Assembly (NCBI GenBank): GCA_002269645.1
Contig: NIVC01000701.1
Coordinates: 62,001 to 126,000 of the forward strand
Source of the DNA: Macrostomum lignano
Taxonomy: Eukaryota
Direction: 5' to 3'
DNA length: 64,000 bases
Shown here in pieces: positions 13,701-23,777 of the stretch (its first letter is position 1; each line of letters begins with the position of its first letter). The position numbers and the translations under genes were made by a program. Below the pieces are notes generated by a model that saw nothing but the letters and a program-made list of their open reading frames with translations, was not told where the DNA came from and did no database searches.

Positions 13701-14678
13701 CCAGCAGCAGCAGCAGCTTCAGGAGCCCTGTTTGGCAGCTCTTTCCAGCCACTTGGCCACCCTGACCCACTGCCTGAGGCACGGTGGCTACCTTGCACCT
13801 GCAGCAACTCCAGGATCTTCGTCTTTAACAGCGGCAACAGTCCAACAAGACGACGACGACGACTGGGTGTACAGCAACGTTGCGGAGCCTTCGCCGCCAC
13901 CGCAGCCGCATCAGCAGCTGCCACTGCAGCAGCAGCAGCCACCGCAGGCCAGGCGGCATCAAGAAAACTTGAATTATCAGCACTATCCAGCCGCGCCAAG
14001 CTACCAGCAGCAGCAGAGGCAGCACAGCATCCAGGAGGACTGGAAGAAGATGCTAGAAGAGGCCAACAGTTTCGCTACTGCCACCAGCGTCCCAGCCGGT
14101 CAGCCGGCCAGCGGCTCCGGCGGCGTCGCCGGCTGCGCGGCGTCTGGCGCGGCGGCCTCGACAACCGGCAGCAGCGGCTACCAGAGCTTCGCCGCCGCCT
14201 CCCCGGTGCAGTTCTTCAACCCCACCTATCAGAAGGGCTGCCTGCCGCCTCTCTACTCCCAGTCGCGTCGCAGCTCCGACAGCTCCGAGGTCGACAACGA
14301 CGACAGACAGCACCGGCTGGCCGACGACGACTACGAGGGCGGCGAGGAGGACGACGACGAAGACCCGCTGGACAGCCCGCCGAGGGAGCGACGCCTCGGC
14401 GGCCGAGGCAGCTCCTCTTCCGAGATGGCCAGTTCGGAGGCGTCCTCGCTGGGCCAGCCGCAGCGTCATCAGTTTGCGCCGCAGCGTCGCGAGGTCGCCT
14501 CGCAGGCGTCGCAGGCGGCCGCCAGCAAAGTTCGGCCCCCCGTTGGCTGGCCCTCGCCGTCAGACGCCGAGGCGATGCGGCTGAAGACCCAGTCGCTGGG
14601 TCCGGGAGCCGGCCTGGACTTCAACAACTTTGGAGTCGGAGGCGCTGATGGTGGAGGCAGCGACGATTCGCTGATGTT

Positions 14679-14709
<31 letters not shown>

Positions 14710-15601
14710 GTTCGAATGGGACTAAGGTGAGGCTTGAGACTCGAGTCATTGATCCATGGATCGGTTGAATGAATGGCTGATACGTTCGGTATGTTATTAA
14801 TAGGGTGATAGGTTAAATAGATCGATAGACCGAAAAAGCAATTGGTTGAGAGATTGATAAAATGATACAATGATACAATGATACAATGATTTTTTATTAG
14901 AGGCAGGGGCTGTGTGCACCTGAGCAGGCACACAAGCGCGCGGATACGTACGCAGTCATACGCACAGGCACACACTCACACAGGAGTGTACAGCGGCCCT
15001 AACTTTATTTATCGTTGGGCATGTACACTTCACCGGGCCTTGGGGGTTGACCCTCAAGAGCGTTAGTTGCACGAGCATGCAGAGCCAAGCCGAGATTCCA
15101 GTTTAGCCTCAAATTAATGAGACTGCACTGGGAATCGAACCTGGGCCGCTGCTAGAGCACTGGGCTACGCCACTGGGCTACGTTATGACTAATTGATAGA
15201 AGGCAGGTGGGCAGATGAAGAACTAAGACTCCGAAACCCTGCAAAACCACAGAGCCACCCAGGGCCAGTCGCAGCAGCACCACCGGAGCAGCCAGCAGCA
15301 GCTGCAGCAGCAGCCGTCTCCAGGCTATGACAACGAGTTGCAGAAATTGCAGCGCGAGTTAGAAGAGACCCGTCAACGTCTCCAGGCCACGGAGGCCCGG
15401 TTGCGCTCCAATGAGCAGGAGAAGGTGCAGCTGATTGCCCAGTTTGAGAGCCGACAGCAGCAGCAGCAGCAACCTGGAAGCAACTCTTCAACGCCAAACT
15501 CCGCCAACCAGCAGCAGATGATGGAGATCCTGGAGCGTTTGCAGAGTCTGGAGAGCACCATCACGGCCGGCAGGCGGCAGAATGCAACCGATTCGATCTA
15601 A
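1163..15601 (+). CDS. Ras GTPase-activating protein, SynGAP/DAB2IP/RASAL2(nGAP) family; spliced, about 1293 aa
   Basis: Exons 1163-1319, 5697-5854, 6653-6894, 7501-7956, 8954-8988, 9736-9871, 11148-11249, 11347-11451, 11735-12341, 13192-14726, 15253-15601 join in phase with GT-AG (3882 nt). Family motifs: [17 protein letters not shown]2 domain [37 protein letters not shown], arginine finger [26 protein letters not shown]-terminal coiled coil. Start exon and the 35-nt exon are least certain. Confidence 0.9.
1395..2435. repeat. GA-rich minisatellite, about 13-bp unit GGGAGAGAATGAA
   Basis: tandem units in RasGAP intron 1. Confidence 0.95.
3395..3855. repeat. 21-bp minisatellite TTATTCTCCTGACTCTCACCC
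   Basis: about 21 near-perfect copies. Confidence 0.95.
4262..5030. repeat. 21-bp minisatellite TTAGATGGTGTCTTACTCAAA
   Basis: about 35 copies. Confidence 0.95.
5697..5854 (+). CDS. RasGAP exon (DSSADSTG...GSKIK)
   Basis: ttatcttcgcag| acceptor, AAG|gtgcgt donor, phase 1 to 0. Confidence 0.75.
6340..6445 (+). mobile_element. SINE-like family 2 copy (degenerate)
   Basis: GGTTAAGTCCC, then GTGTACACTGATTTACGATTAGAAAGTCAAGGCCGCTGTACAGCCTGTGTGAG. Confidence 0.45.
6653..6894 (+). CDS. RasGAP exon ([18 protein letters not shown], polyQ)
   Basis: tttcccag| acceptor, CA|gtgagt donor; family motif IKR.KS..KLD. Confidence 0.85.
7023..7466. repeat. (AATAG)n pentanucleotide array
   Basis: near-perfect; RasGAP intron 3. 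Confidence 0.98.
7501..7956 (+). CDS. RasGAP low-complexity exon ([14 protein letters not shown]...PGEPLE)
   Basis: gtgcag| acceptor phase 2, TT|gtgagt donor; the frame is that of track ORF 7745..7960 extended upstream without stops. Confidence 0.7.
7962..8425. repeat. 17-bp minisatellite TCAGCTCTGATCTCATC
   Basis: about 27 copies starting 5 nt into the intron. Confidence 0.96.
8954..8988 (+). CDS. RasGAP predicted 35-nt microexon ([13 protein letters not shown])
   Basis: ttttgagcag| ... G|gtgaat; the only candidate I found that bridges phase 2 (7956) to phase 1 (9736) without a stop. Confidence 0.5.
9070..9730. repeat. 21-bp minisatellite GATCTGAATCTCACTGTAGGA
   Basis: about 31 copies ending at the 9735 acceptor. 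Confidence 0.96.
9736..9871 (+). CDS. RasGAP exon with [10 protein letters not shown] motif
   Basis: ctcatcccag| acceptor, CG|gtaagt donor; SHESL is conserved in the SynGAP family. Confidence 0.85.
11148..11249 (+). CDS. RasGAP exon, start of C2 domain (LKKVNRPD...[15 protein letters not shown])
   Basis: tttgctgcag| and AG|gtcagc; clear family homology. Confidence 0.9.
11347..11451 (+). CDS. RasGAP C2 exon ([16 protein letters not shown]...FWGEPFEF)
   Basis: ctccag| and AG|gtgaga; clear homology. Confidence 0.92.
11510..11670. repeat. 15-bp repeat GGGAAGAATGGGAAT
   Basis: RasGAP intron 8. Confidence 0.9.
11735..12341 (+). CDS. RasGAP exon, end of C2 and first half of GAP domain (FRGN arginine finger)
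   Basis: aaacgcag| and CGG|gtgcgt; [17 protein letters not shown]. Confidence 0.93.
12470..13110. repeat. 95-bp tandem repeat
   Basis: AGCATGGCTGG recurs at 12571, 12666 and onward; about 6.5 copies in intron 9. Confidence 0.93.
13192..14726 (+). CDS. RasGAP exon, second half of GAP domain (FLR motif) and disordered tail
   Basis: cactctag| and AG|gtgagg; [29 protein letters not shown]. Confidence 0.93.
14940..15181 (-). mobile_element. tRNA-derived SINE-like element, family 2, in the last RasGAP intron
   Basis: Minus strand GTAGCCCAGTGG...GGTTCGATTCCC; body motif ACGAT..AAAGT.AGGGCCGCTGTACACTC.TGTGTGAG shared with three other sites. Confidence 0.55.
15253..15601 (+). CDS. RasGAP last exon, coiled coil, TAA stop
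   Basis: aaaccacag| phase-2 acceptor; [17 protein letters not shown]; AATAAA at 15823 and 15939 downstream. Confidence 0.8.
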
Positions 15602-16211
15602 CGCACCCTTGCACCCTTAGACATGACGGCGTCTTGATATTAATGCAGATTTGAAAATTTCAAGGTCGCGTATACACTGCAGTACCCACGGGTGTTTTGC
15701 ATTGCCTTGGAAATGAATTTATGTAACTAGAAAAATGTGCAATTATGTCAACCGTATTACGAGAGTTTGCACACGCAGCAAGATGGCGCTTTACAAAGAG
15801 CAAACTGGTCATGCAGTTGTAAAATAAAGAACAAGCTTAGCCTTTTTTCGGATGTGACACACATGAAGTATAGATGCCCTGTTTCTGTTGTATGTACACT
15901 GTTTGTTGCTATTGGTCTTCTATAGGCGCCACGGAGTTAATAAATATTTACACCTGTTGTCAACTCCCGCTTATCTCATGCTCTGACTCTCATTTTCTCT
16001 CTCGTTCGCATGCTTGGTTTTTTAAATTAAAAAGTTGTCACTTCAATTAAAACAAAAAGCTAGTTGTGTTATGCTGTTAGCATGGCGAATTGCCATTGCC
16101 TTCTTCGAACTAAAAAAAAGTTAAATACAAGCTCGTATTGTACACGCTGTCCTACTGTTGGTCAATGATTTATCAATCTATTTTTGGAAGCAAAAGTGGG
16201 GTGGGCGTCGC

Positions 16212-16520
16212 GACCAATCAGCGTTGAACACCCCCCTTCGCCAATTTTCGACAACCAATCAGCGTTGAACACCCACCCCTTCGCCCATTTCCGACAACCA
16301 ATCAGCGTTGAACACCCACCCCTTCGCCCATTTCCGACAACCAATCAGCGTTGAACACCCACCCCTTCGCCCATTTCCGACAACCAATCAGCGTTGAACA
16401 CCCACCCCTTCGCCCATTTTCGACAACCAATCAGCGTTGAACACCCACCCCTTCGCCCATTTCCGACAACCAATCAGCGTTGAACACCCACCTCTTCGCC
16501 TATTTCCGAAAACCAATCAG
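16212..16520. repeat. 43-bp tandem repeat with CCAATCAG box
   Basis: CCAATCAGCGTTGAACACCCACCCCTTCGCCCATTTCCGACAA, about 7 copies, intergenic. Confidence 0.93.
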
Positions 16521-17821
16521 CTTAGAGAGCGGGGCTTGTTCGTTCTCTGAATTATATTTTAACTAGACTGGAATACGACTACACTCTTGGTCTACATGAG
16601 TACACAGAAATGACGCTCTACCTGTTTGTTCATTGGTCTGTATAATTAAACCTGGCTAACAACCTAACAAGTTAAATTATTCTTTTTATGGTTATGGCTA
16701 AGGATGTTTCGTGTCTATGACAGAAAGAGAACTTCGATCACTTGCTTGCCACCAAAGTAATCAAAATACACAAAATAGCTTGAACATTTGAAGGTCATTT
16801 TTTTACGCGATTTAGTCTATAGTAGCAACTACTTCGGTATTTAAATATTAGAAAATGTTCTCCTTCCTAAATGAGAAATTATCGTTAATTTTGCTCATCT
16901 CTGACATGCTGCTACAGATGGTCAATAACCCATTGTGGGGGGGGGGACATCACACCCGAAAAATCACAACTCCGAATGTAAATAAATTACGAAAGTATTA
17001 CAAGCCCGAAATATCACTTAATAATAAATGCCATAGACTAAAACCGTCGTGGGTCGCACGGCCCGCAAAATCATGGGACAATTTCATTTCTACACTTGCT
17101 GCTAATTTTAATGGATTTGTCCAATTGCTCGGCTTATATGATTAACTTCAGTGATAAAAGCATAGATGTAGCAGATGAAGCTAACAAGGCAAAACTGGTT
17201 TTGCGCGAATTGGTTATTCGAATTGTAAACAACAGTCGGGCACGGAAGCATCCACGAACTGGCTCGCTTGATTTGGCTTATCACAGCGGCCTGGGGGTAT
17301 CAGGCCGGCAGGGTGGCAACTGCGGTGACCCTTAAATTTTCTCAATCTGGAAGATGGTTTTGTCTGTGCGAAAGCTCTCTGAAACGTATAATATTAACCA
17401 AAATCAGCCATAAGCATTGTATGACATGATTTAGACAAATTCCGATGTTCAGTGCGAACAGACGAGAAATACAAACTTTAAAACTCCTTTACTGCTACTC
17501 AAGCGCAGTAAGTAGTAAGTAGTACATGAATGAACTCAATAAGAGTGAAACAAAAAGTGTTTGTTGAATAAGATACATTTTCTTGGCAAACGGTACGCGC
17601 AACTAACTGCAAGCATCATAAAACTGAAATTAATTGGCATTGTAAATTCTAAAAACACACTGCTGGGAAGTAAGCAGTCTTAGCAGTAACAGAGCCAAAA
17701 CAGAGCAAAGCCAAAAGAGAAATAAGATTATACACAAGATACTTCTAATGCATATAGATAAACTGATAATCGATTGCAGAAAAAAACTCTTGTTTAGAAC
17801 CAAAGTGTCAATAATTCCAAC

Positions 17822-18568
17822 GCCTATGATCCAACCTGTCTATGAACCAACCTGCCTATGATCCAACCTGTCTATGAACCAACCTGCCTATGACCAACCT
17901 GTCTATGAACCAACCTGTCTATGAACCAACCTGCCTATGATCCAACCTGTCTATGACTAACCTGTCTATTACTCAAATTGCCTATGACCCAAACAGTCTA
18001 TGACCCAAACAGTCTATTACTCAAACTGTCTATGACCCAAACAGTCTATTATCCAAATTACCTATGACCCAAACAGTCTCTGACCCAAACTGTCTATTAC
18101 TCAAATTGTCTCTGACCCAAACAGTCTATTACCCAAACTGTCTCTGACCCAAACAGTCTATTACTCAAACTGTCTATTACCCAAACTGCCTATTACTCAA
18201 ATTGTCTCTGACCCAAACAGTCTATTACCCAAACAGTATATTACCCAAACTGTCTATGACCCAAACAGTCTATTACCCAAACTGTCTATGACCCAAACAG
18301 TCTATTACCAAAACTGTCTATGACCCAAACAGTCTATTACCTAAACTTTCTATGACCCAAACTGTCCATTACTCAAATTTTATATGACCCAAACAGTCTA
18401 TTATCCAAACTGTCTATGACCCAAACTGTCTATGACCAACCTGTTTATGACTCAAACTGTCTATTACTCAAATTGTCTATGACCCAAACTGTCTATGACC
18501 CAAACTTTCTATGATAAAACTGTCTATGACCCAAACTTTCTATGATCAAAACTGTCCATGACCCAAAC
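17822..18568. repeat. 16-bp degenerate minisatellite TATGACCCAAACTGTC
   Basis: intergenic. Confidence 0.92.
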
Positions 18569-20274
18569 TACTTGTCTCAATTTTTTACTGAGAAATTGTC
18601 AATACTTATTTTAAAAATGATCCCTTTAAACTGGGTGATTTATAAGTAGGTGGTGTGTACGGCATGGCTAAAAAGAGGAGCACAGTGACTTACGAAGCAA
18701 GCAATGCAGTGGCTTATCAGTGCCATCAGCCAGAGCAGTGGCAGAAGAAACGGTTGAGACAGCCGCTTTGGCGCCTTATCTCATAAATTTTTGCTCAATT
18801 TTACTCGTAGTTGAGTCCTTAAGTCGTAAAATTACCAGTTTTAGCTAATAAAAAATTGTCGAAACAAAGTCTATATATTATCTGGCGATTTTAAAAGTTC
18901 ATAACTAAATTATTAGACTATAAAAAGTCTATGGACAGCAGATAAAAAGAACTTGCTGAGATGTCTTATAAAATATTCTAGGAATTTTCACTTTCTAGCC
19001 GTCAACCTTTCCTAGAAAATATTTCTGTAGAAGTCGTTATGTCGAAGAAAATAGTTTTTTCCTAGAAAGTGCATATTTTCTTGGAGAATCTTTACTTTCG
19101 AGAAATCAAAATTTACTAAAGAAATCGTTGCTGTTTCTTAGAAACAATGTTCAATAGGGCTAAGCACTAGAATTGCTGCATTTGCAATTATAAATGTTTT
19201 ACAACCTACATTCAATTATAAGGTATGTATCCAACCGTTTTCAAACTCACTGTTTGCAACATTACAACCGGCTTGAGTTCTACGAGAGCAACACATCTAG
19301 CTTGTCAAGAGGGCAAAGTTTCTCTAAATCTATATTTATAATTCTTGCTGGCGAATCTGGCTCGCTTCTTTAGAAGTGGAAAATTATCAAATGTGTGCTT
19401 TTAGAAGCAAAACCACCCCACTTAGACTAACCACTTAGCCTTAGCCATACAAATCGCTGCTGCAATTGTAAACTGGCAGTACAGTGCAGACAGGGCAGAC
19501 CCCAGCAGACTAACAGTATAAAGAATTGAAAAGCAGAAATTCGGATGCGGTCTGCTGTCAATGCGAGTGAGCGAGCTACTTAAACAACCCTAAAAGAAGA
19601 CTGCGCAGTGCTTTCTGGCCACCTGCATGGCTGGCCTGGATAAAGGGCGAGTTTTTTTGCAACAGCAAGACGATAAAATTACTCACTGAATTGGCCCAAA
19701 ACACCTGTACAGCAGGCTGGAAGGAATAAAAACATGAAGTACAATCATTGTATGGCCCAGTAGCACCGTGGCGCTTTGCACGATCTGACCCAAACTTGAA
19801 TAGCACTTTGGTTCAGTTTCTAGTCTCAATTACCAGCGCATATACGAGCGTAGCACAAATAAGTTTTATAAACTCATAGCAGAAAGAAGAGTTTAAAAAT
19901 AGCTGGAACTGTTTTTTCTGGAAATTAAATAAGTATTACCTAAATATGGATAGCTTTACAGTTCTTACATAGAAATTTGTACTTTCTAAAAATCTAGTTT
20001 TCAAAGACTCTTTTCAATAAAAAATAAAAAAGCTTTCTCTTTAACCACACTAACCACTAACCACTAGATTCTATAAGAGTGTCGTCTTGAGAAATCTCTC
20101 TCTTCTACAATTGCCTATTTCCACGAAATACATCTTTGCTACAAGCAAATTTCTCCAAGGAAGCCATTTTTCATAGAGAGCTAAATTTTCTATGAATCCA
20201 TCTTTCTTAGAAATCATTTTTTCTAATACGACTAGAAATCTGAATTTCCTACGAACGTGTTTTTCTAGAAATTT

Positions 20275-20765
20275 ACATTTCCCAGAAATCAGTATTTCCT
20301 AGTAATCGATATTTCCTAGAAATCAGTATTTCCTAGAAATCAGTATTTCCTAGAAATCAGTATTTCCTAGAAATCAGTATTTCCTAGAAATCAGTATTTC
20401 CTAGAAATCGACATTTCCTAGAAGTCTGTATTTCCTGGAAATCGAAATTTCCTAGAAGTCTGTATTTCCTAGAAATCGACATTTCCTAGAAGTCCGTATT
20501 TCCTAGAAATCGACATTTCCTAGAAGTCTGTATTTCCTAGCAATTAAAATTTCCTAGAAGTCTGTATTTCCTAGAAATCGAAATTTCCTGGAAGTCTGTA
20601 CCGGTATTTCCTGAAAATCGACATTTCCTAGAAGTCTGCATTTCCTAGAAATCGATCGACATTTCCTAGAAGTCTGCATTTCCTAGAAATCGATCGACAT
20701 TTCCTAGAAGTCTGCATTTCCTAGAAATCGATCGACATTTCCTAGAAATCAGTATTTCCAAGAAA
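20275..20765. repeat. 17-bp (34-bp dimer) minisatellite ATTTCCTAGAAATCAGT
   Basis: begins just past the DEG/ENaC stop codon. Confidence 0.92.
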
Positions 20766-20777
20766 TCATTAGAAACT

Positions 20778-21115
20778 TCACGCGGAAGGCGGCGGCCGGA
20801 CAAGCGACTCGGCGGCACCATCGGCCTGCATCTCTAATTCTGTTTGGCAGTTTGCCGGTGTCTTTTTGCCGCCACTCGATCTGAGCTTTTCGACCAGACT
20901 GTAGAAAAGCTCGAATATCTCGCAGACAGTCAGCAGGCTGCAGCCGATGTACAGTCCCAGTAGGCCGCCTGTGTCCGCCAGAAAGGCGGTGAACGAATAG
21001 GAGCGAGAGATGACCACCTGCGGCGAGACTGTGCTACTCGGCGCAATGGTGACGCTGACCATTGACTCGGCGATGTAGGACCGGAACACGCCTTCCAGGT
21101 GGGCCGGATGCTCAC
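20778..21115 (-). CDS. DEG/ENaC exon 2 (TM2 and C-tail)
   Basis: TM2 motif in track ORF 20778..21197; NAGNAG acceptor (aag/cag). Confidence 0.88.
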
Positions 21116-23777
21116 CTGCTTGCCGCGAGAGTGACGAGAAGCTGCTCAATATTGAGTAGAAACTGTTAGAGCAAGAGCTCAAAATTGGTATAAACAAAGG
21201 ATTTTTTGCAGAGTTTGTCTGCCTGTCATTTGACTGCCTGTCATTTGACTGCCTGTAATTTGACTGCCTGTCATCTGACTGCCTGCCATTTGACTGCCTG
21301 CCATTTGACTGCCTGTCATTTGACTGCCTGTAATTTGACTGCCTATAATTTGACTGTCGTAATTTGACTGCCTGTCATTTGACTGCCTATAATTTGTCTG
21401 CCTGTCATTTGACTGCCTGTCATTTGACTGCCTGTAATTTGACTGCCTGTCATCTGACTGCCTGTAAGTTGACTGCCTGTAATTTGACTGTCTGTAATTT
21501 GACTGTCTGTAATTTGACTGCCTGTCATTTGACTGCCTGTAATTTGACTGCCTGTAAGTTGACTGCCTGTCATTTGACTGCCTGTAAGTTGACTGCCTGT
21601 CATTTGTCTGCCTGTCATTTGACTGCCTGTAATTTGACTGCCTGTCATCTGACTGCCTGTAAGTTGACTGCCTGTAAGTTGACTGCCTGTAATTTGACTG
21701 TCTGTAATTTGACTGTCTGTAATTTGACTGCCTGTCATTTGACTGCCTGTCATTTGACTGCCTGTCATTTGACTGCCTGTCATTTGACTGCCTGTAAGTT
21801 GACTGCCTGTCATTTGACTGCCTGTAAGTTGACTGCCTGTAAGTTGACTGCCTGTAATTTGACTGCCTGTAATTTGACTGTCTGTAATTTGACTGCCTAT
21901 AATTTGACTGTCTGTAATTTGACTGTCTGTAATTTGACTGCCTGTCATTTTACTGCCTGTCATTTGACTGCCTGTAAGTTGACTGCCTGTCATTTGACTG
22001 CCTGTCATTTGACTGCCTGTAAGTTGACTGCCTGTAAGTTGACTGCCTGTAATTTGACTGCCTGTAATTTGACTGTCTGTAATTTGACTGCCTATAATTT
22101 GACTGCCTGTCATTTGACTGTCTGTAATTTGACTGCCTGTCATTTGACTGCCTGTCATTTGACTGCCTGCCTTCTAGGTCGAAGAAATCCGACTAGAACA
22201 AACCATCTCTAAAAAACCTCAGCTCCCTTTCCGGTCTCCGGTAGCACTTCCGAGAATATAAGCCTGGCTTGCTTCATTCCTATGCGGATGTCCAGAAAGT
22301 GAGCAGAAAGAGTGAAAGACAGTTCTTCATGCAGACCGCCAGCTGTACACTCACCGCTGTCCAACTGCTTGGCAATTTTGATCAGCTCTGCAATAGCCGG
22401 CGCCAGGTGCTCACTGTCGTTGAGCAGCGGCATTCTGGCGAAGTAGCTCACTGCCGAGCTGCCAACGCTGGGCCAGGTGGCGAACGAGAAGGACGCGCTG
22501 TACTCCGGGTGCTGGCAGGGCTGGGACAGCCGGCAGATCCGCTTCACATCGGCTTCGATCTGCTTCCAGTCGATTGGCTTGTTCTTCAGGGCCTGTATGC
22601 TCCGCTTGCTGGATTCGGACATGTTGAAGCAGCGCTTGGCGTGCCGCATGCTCCAGATGATGGGGTAGTGAGAGAACACGCAGTCCAGCTCTTTTAGCAG
22701 CTGCTTGGTCATCTCGTGATAGTAACAGGCCGCGTAGCTGTAGGTGAAGTTCACTTTCTCGTCTGTCAAGTAGTCCTTGAAGGTGACATTCGGATTGTTC
22801 ACCGAGCAGTTGGTGCCGTGCAGATCGTGGCTGAAAAAGTTCTCCTCCATCTCGAGACTGACGGTGTAGGACTTGCCAGGCGCCAGCAGGAAGCTGGTCT
22901 CGTGATCGAACGACGGATAGGTGCCGTTCTGCACTATCAGCATGGTGAAGCCGGAGCTCTTGAGCTTCTCGATGCCGACGGTGGGGTGCCAGTCCTGGTA
23001 AAGAATCTCCTCACCAGAGTCGGGGTCAACCATGGGCTTGATGTGGTGCCCGGAGTAGGAGAAGTCCTTGAAGTACGGATCCGCCGACAGCTGAACCTCC
23101 AGCTTGTACATCTTGGTCTCCATCTGGTGCCGCTGCTCCTCGGTCAGGACGAGCTTGAAGCAGATGAGGTTCTCTGGATGGCTGAACTCCTCCACGGCCA
23201 CGCTGAAGGTCTCGTGCAGGGAGGAGATGTTGCACCGCAGGATGGATTGAGACTTGCGATGCGTCAGGTACTTGGTGATGAGGTCCACCGGTAGCGAGTT
23301 CTGGATGAACGAGGCCCGCGACTTCAGGCTCATGTGCATCTCACCGCTCGAGTTGCCGAAAACATCGTCGTAGAGTTTTCCGAGCCGTCTGATCTCCTGG
23401 TTCACCTGGCGGGCCTCCTCGGTGCTCAGGACGAACGGGAAGCTGCCCGAGTACGGGTTAATTGGGCAAAAGTACAAGTCGGGAAAAACGAACGGAACCT
23501 TGTCCAACTCGTACGACTTGCTGATTTTGTTCTCGCTGAGCCGCCTGACCAAAGTGCTGGCGTTGTTGAAGAACAGGCCGAGGAACACCAGGAACAGCAG
23601 CAGCCACATGGCCCGCATCGGGGTGCTGTGTGACGCTGCCGCCCTGCTGATGCCGTGGGCGGTGCTGCCGGCCAGAATGGTGAGCACTGTGCCGCTAAGG
23701 GCGGCGGTAGTTCGGCTGTTGCACAACTTAGCTGGGCAGCAGCCGCAGCAATCGTGCTTCTCATTGCTGCAAGCCAT
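20778..23777 (-). CDS. DEG/ENaC (ASIC-like, amiloride-sensitive) sodium channel, 2 exons, about 586 aa
   Basis: Exons 23777-22355 and 21115-20778 (G|GTGAGT donor, caagcag| acceptor, phase 1). Pre-TM1 STAHG motif, TM1, FPDLYFCPINP, Cys-rich thumb, TM2 FLADTGGLLGLYIGCSLLTVCE (GxS filter). Confidence 0.92.
21222..22170. repeat. 15-bp minisatellite TTTGACTGCCTGT(C/A)A
   Basis: about 63 copies in the DEG/ENaC intron. Confidence 0.97.
22355..23777 (-). CDS. DEG/ENaC exon 1
   Basis: Track ORF 22209..23777 cut at the strong donor AGC G|GTGAGT (22354). Confidence 0.88.
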
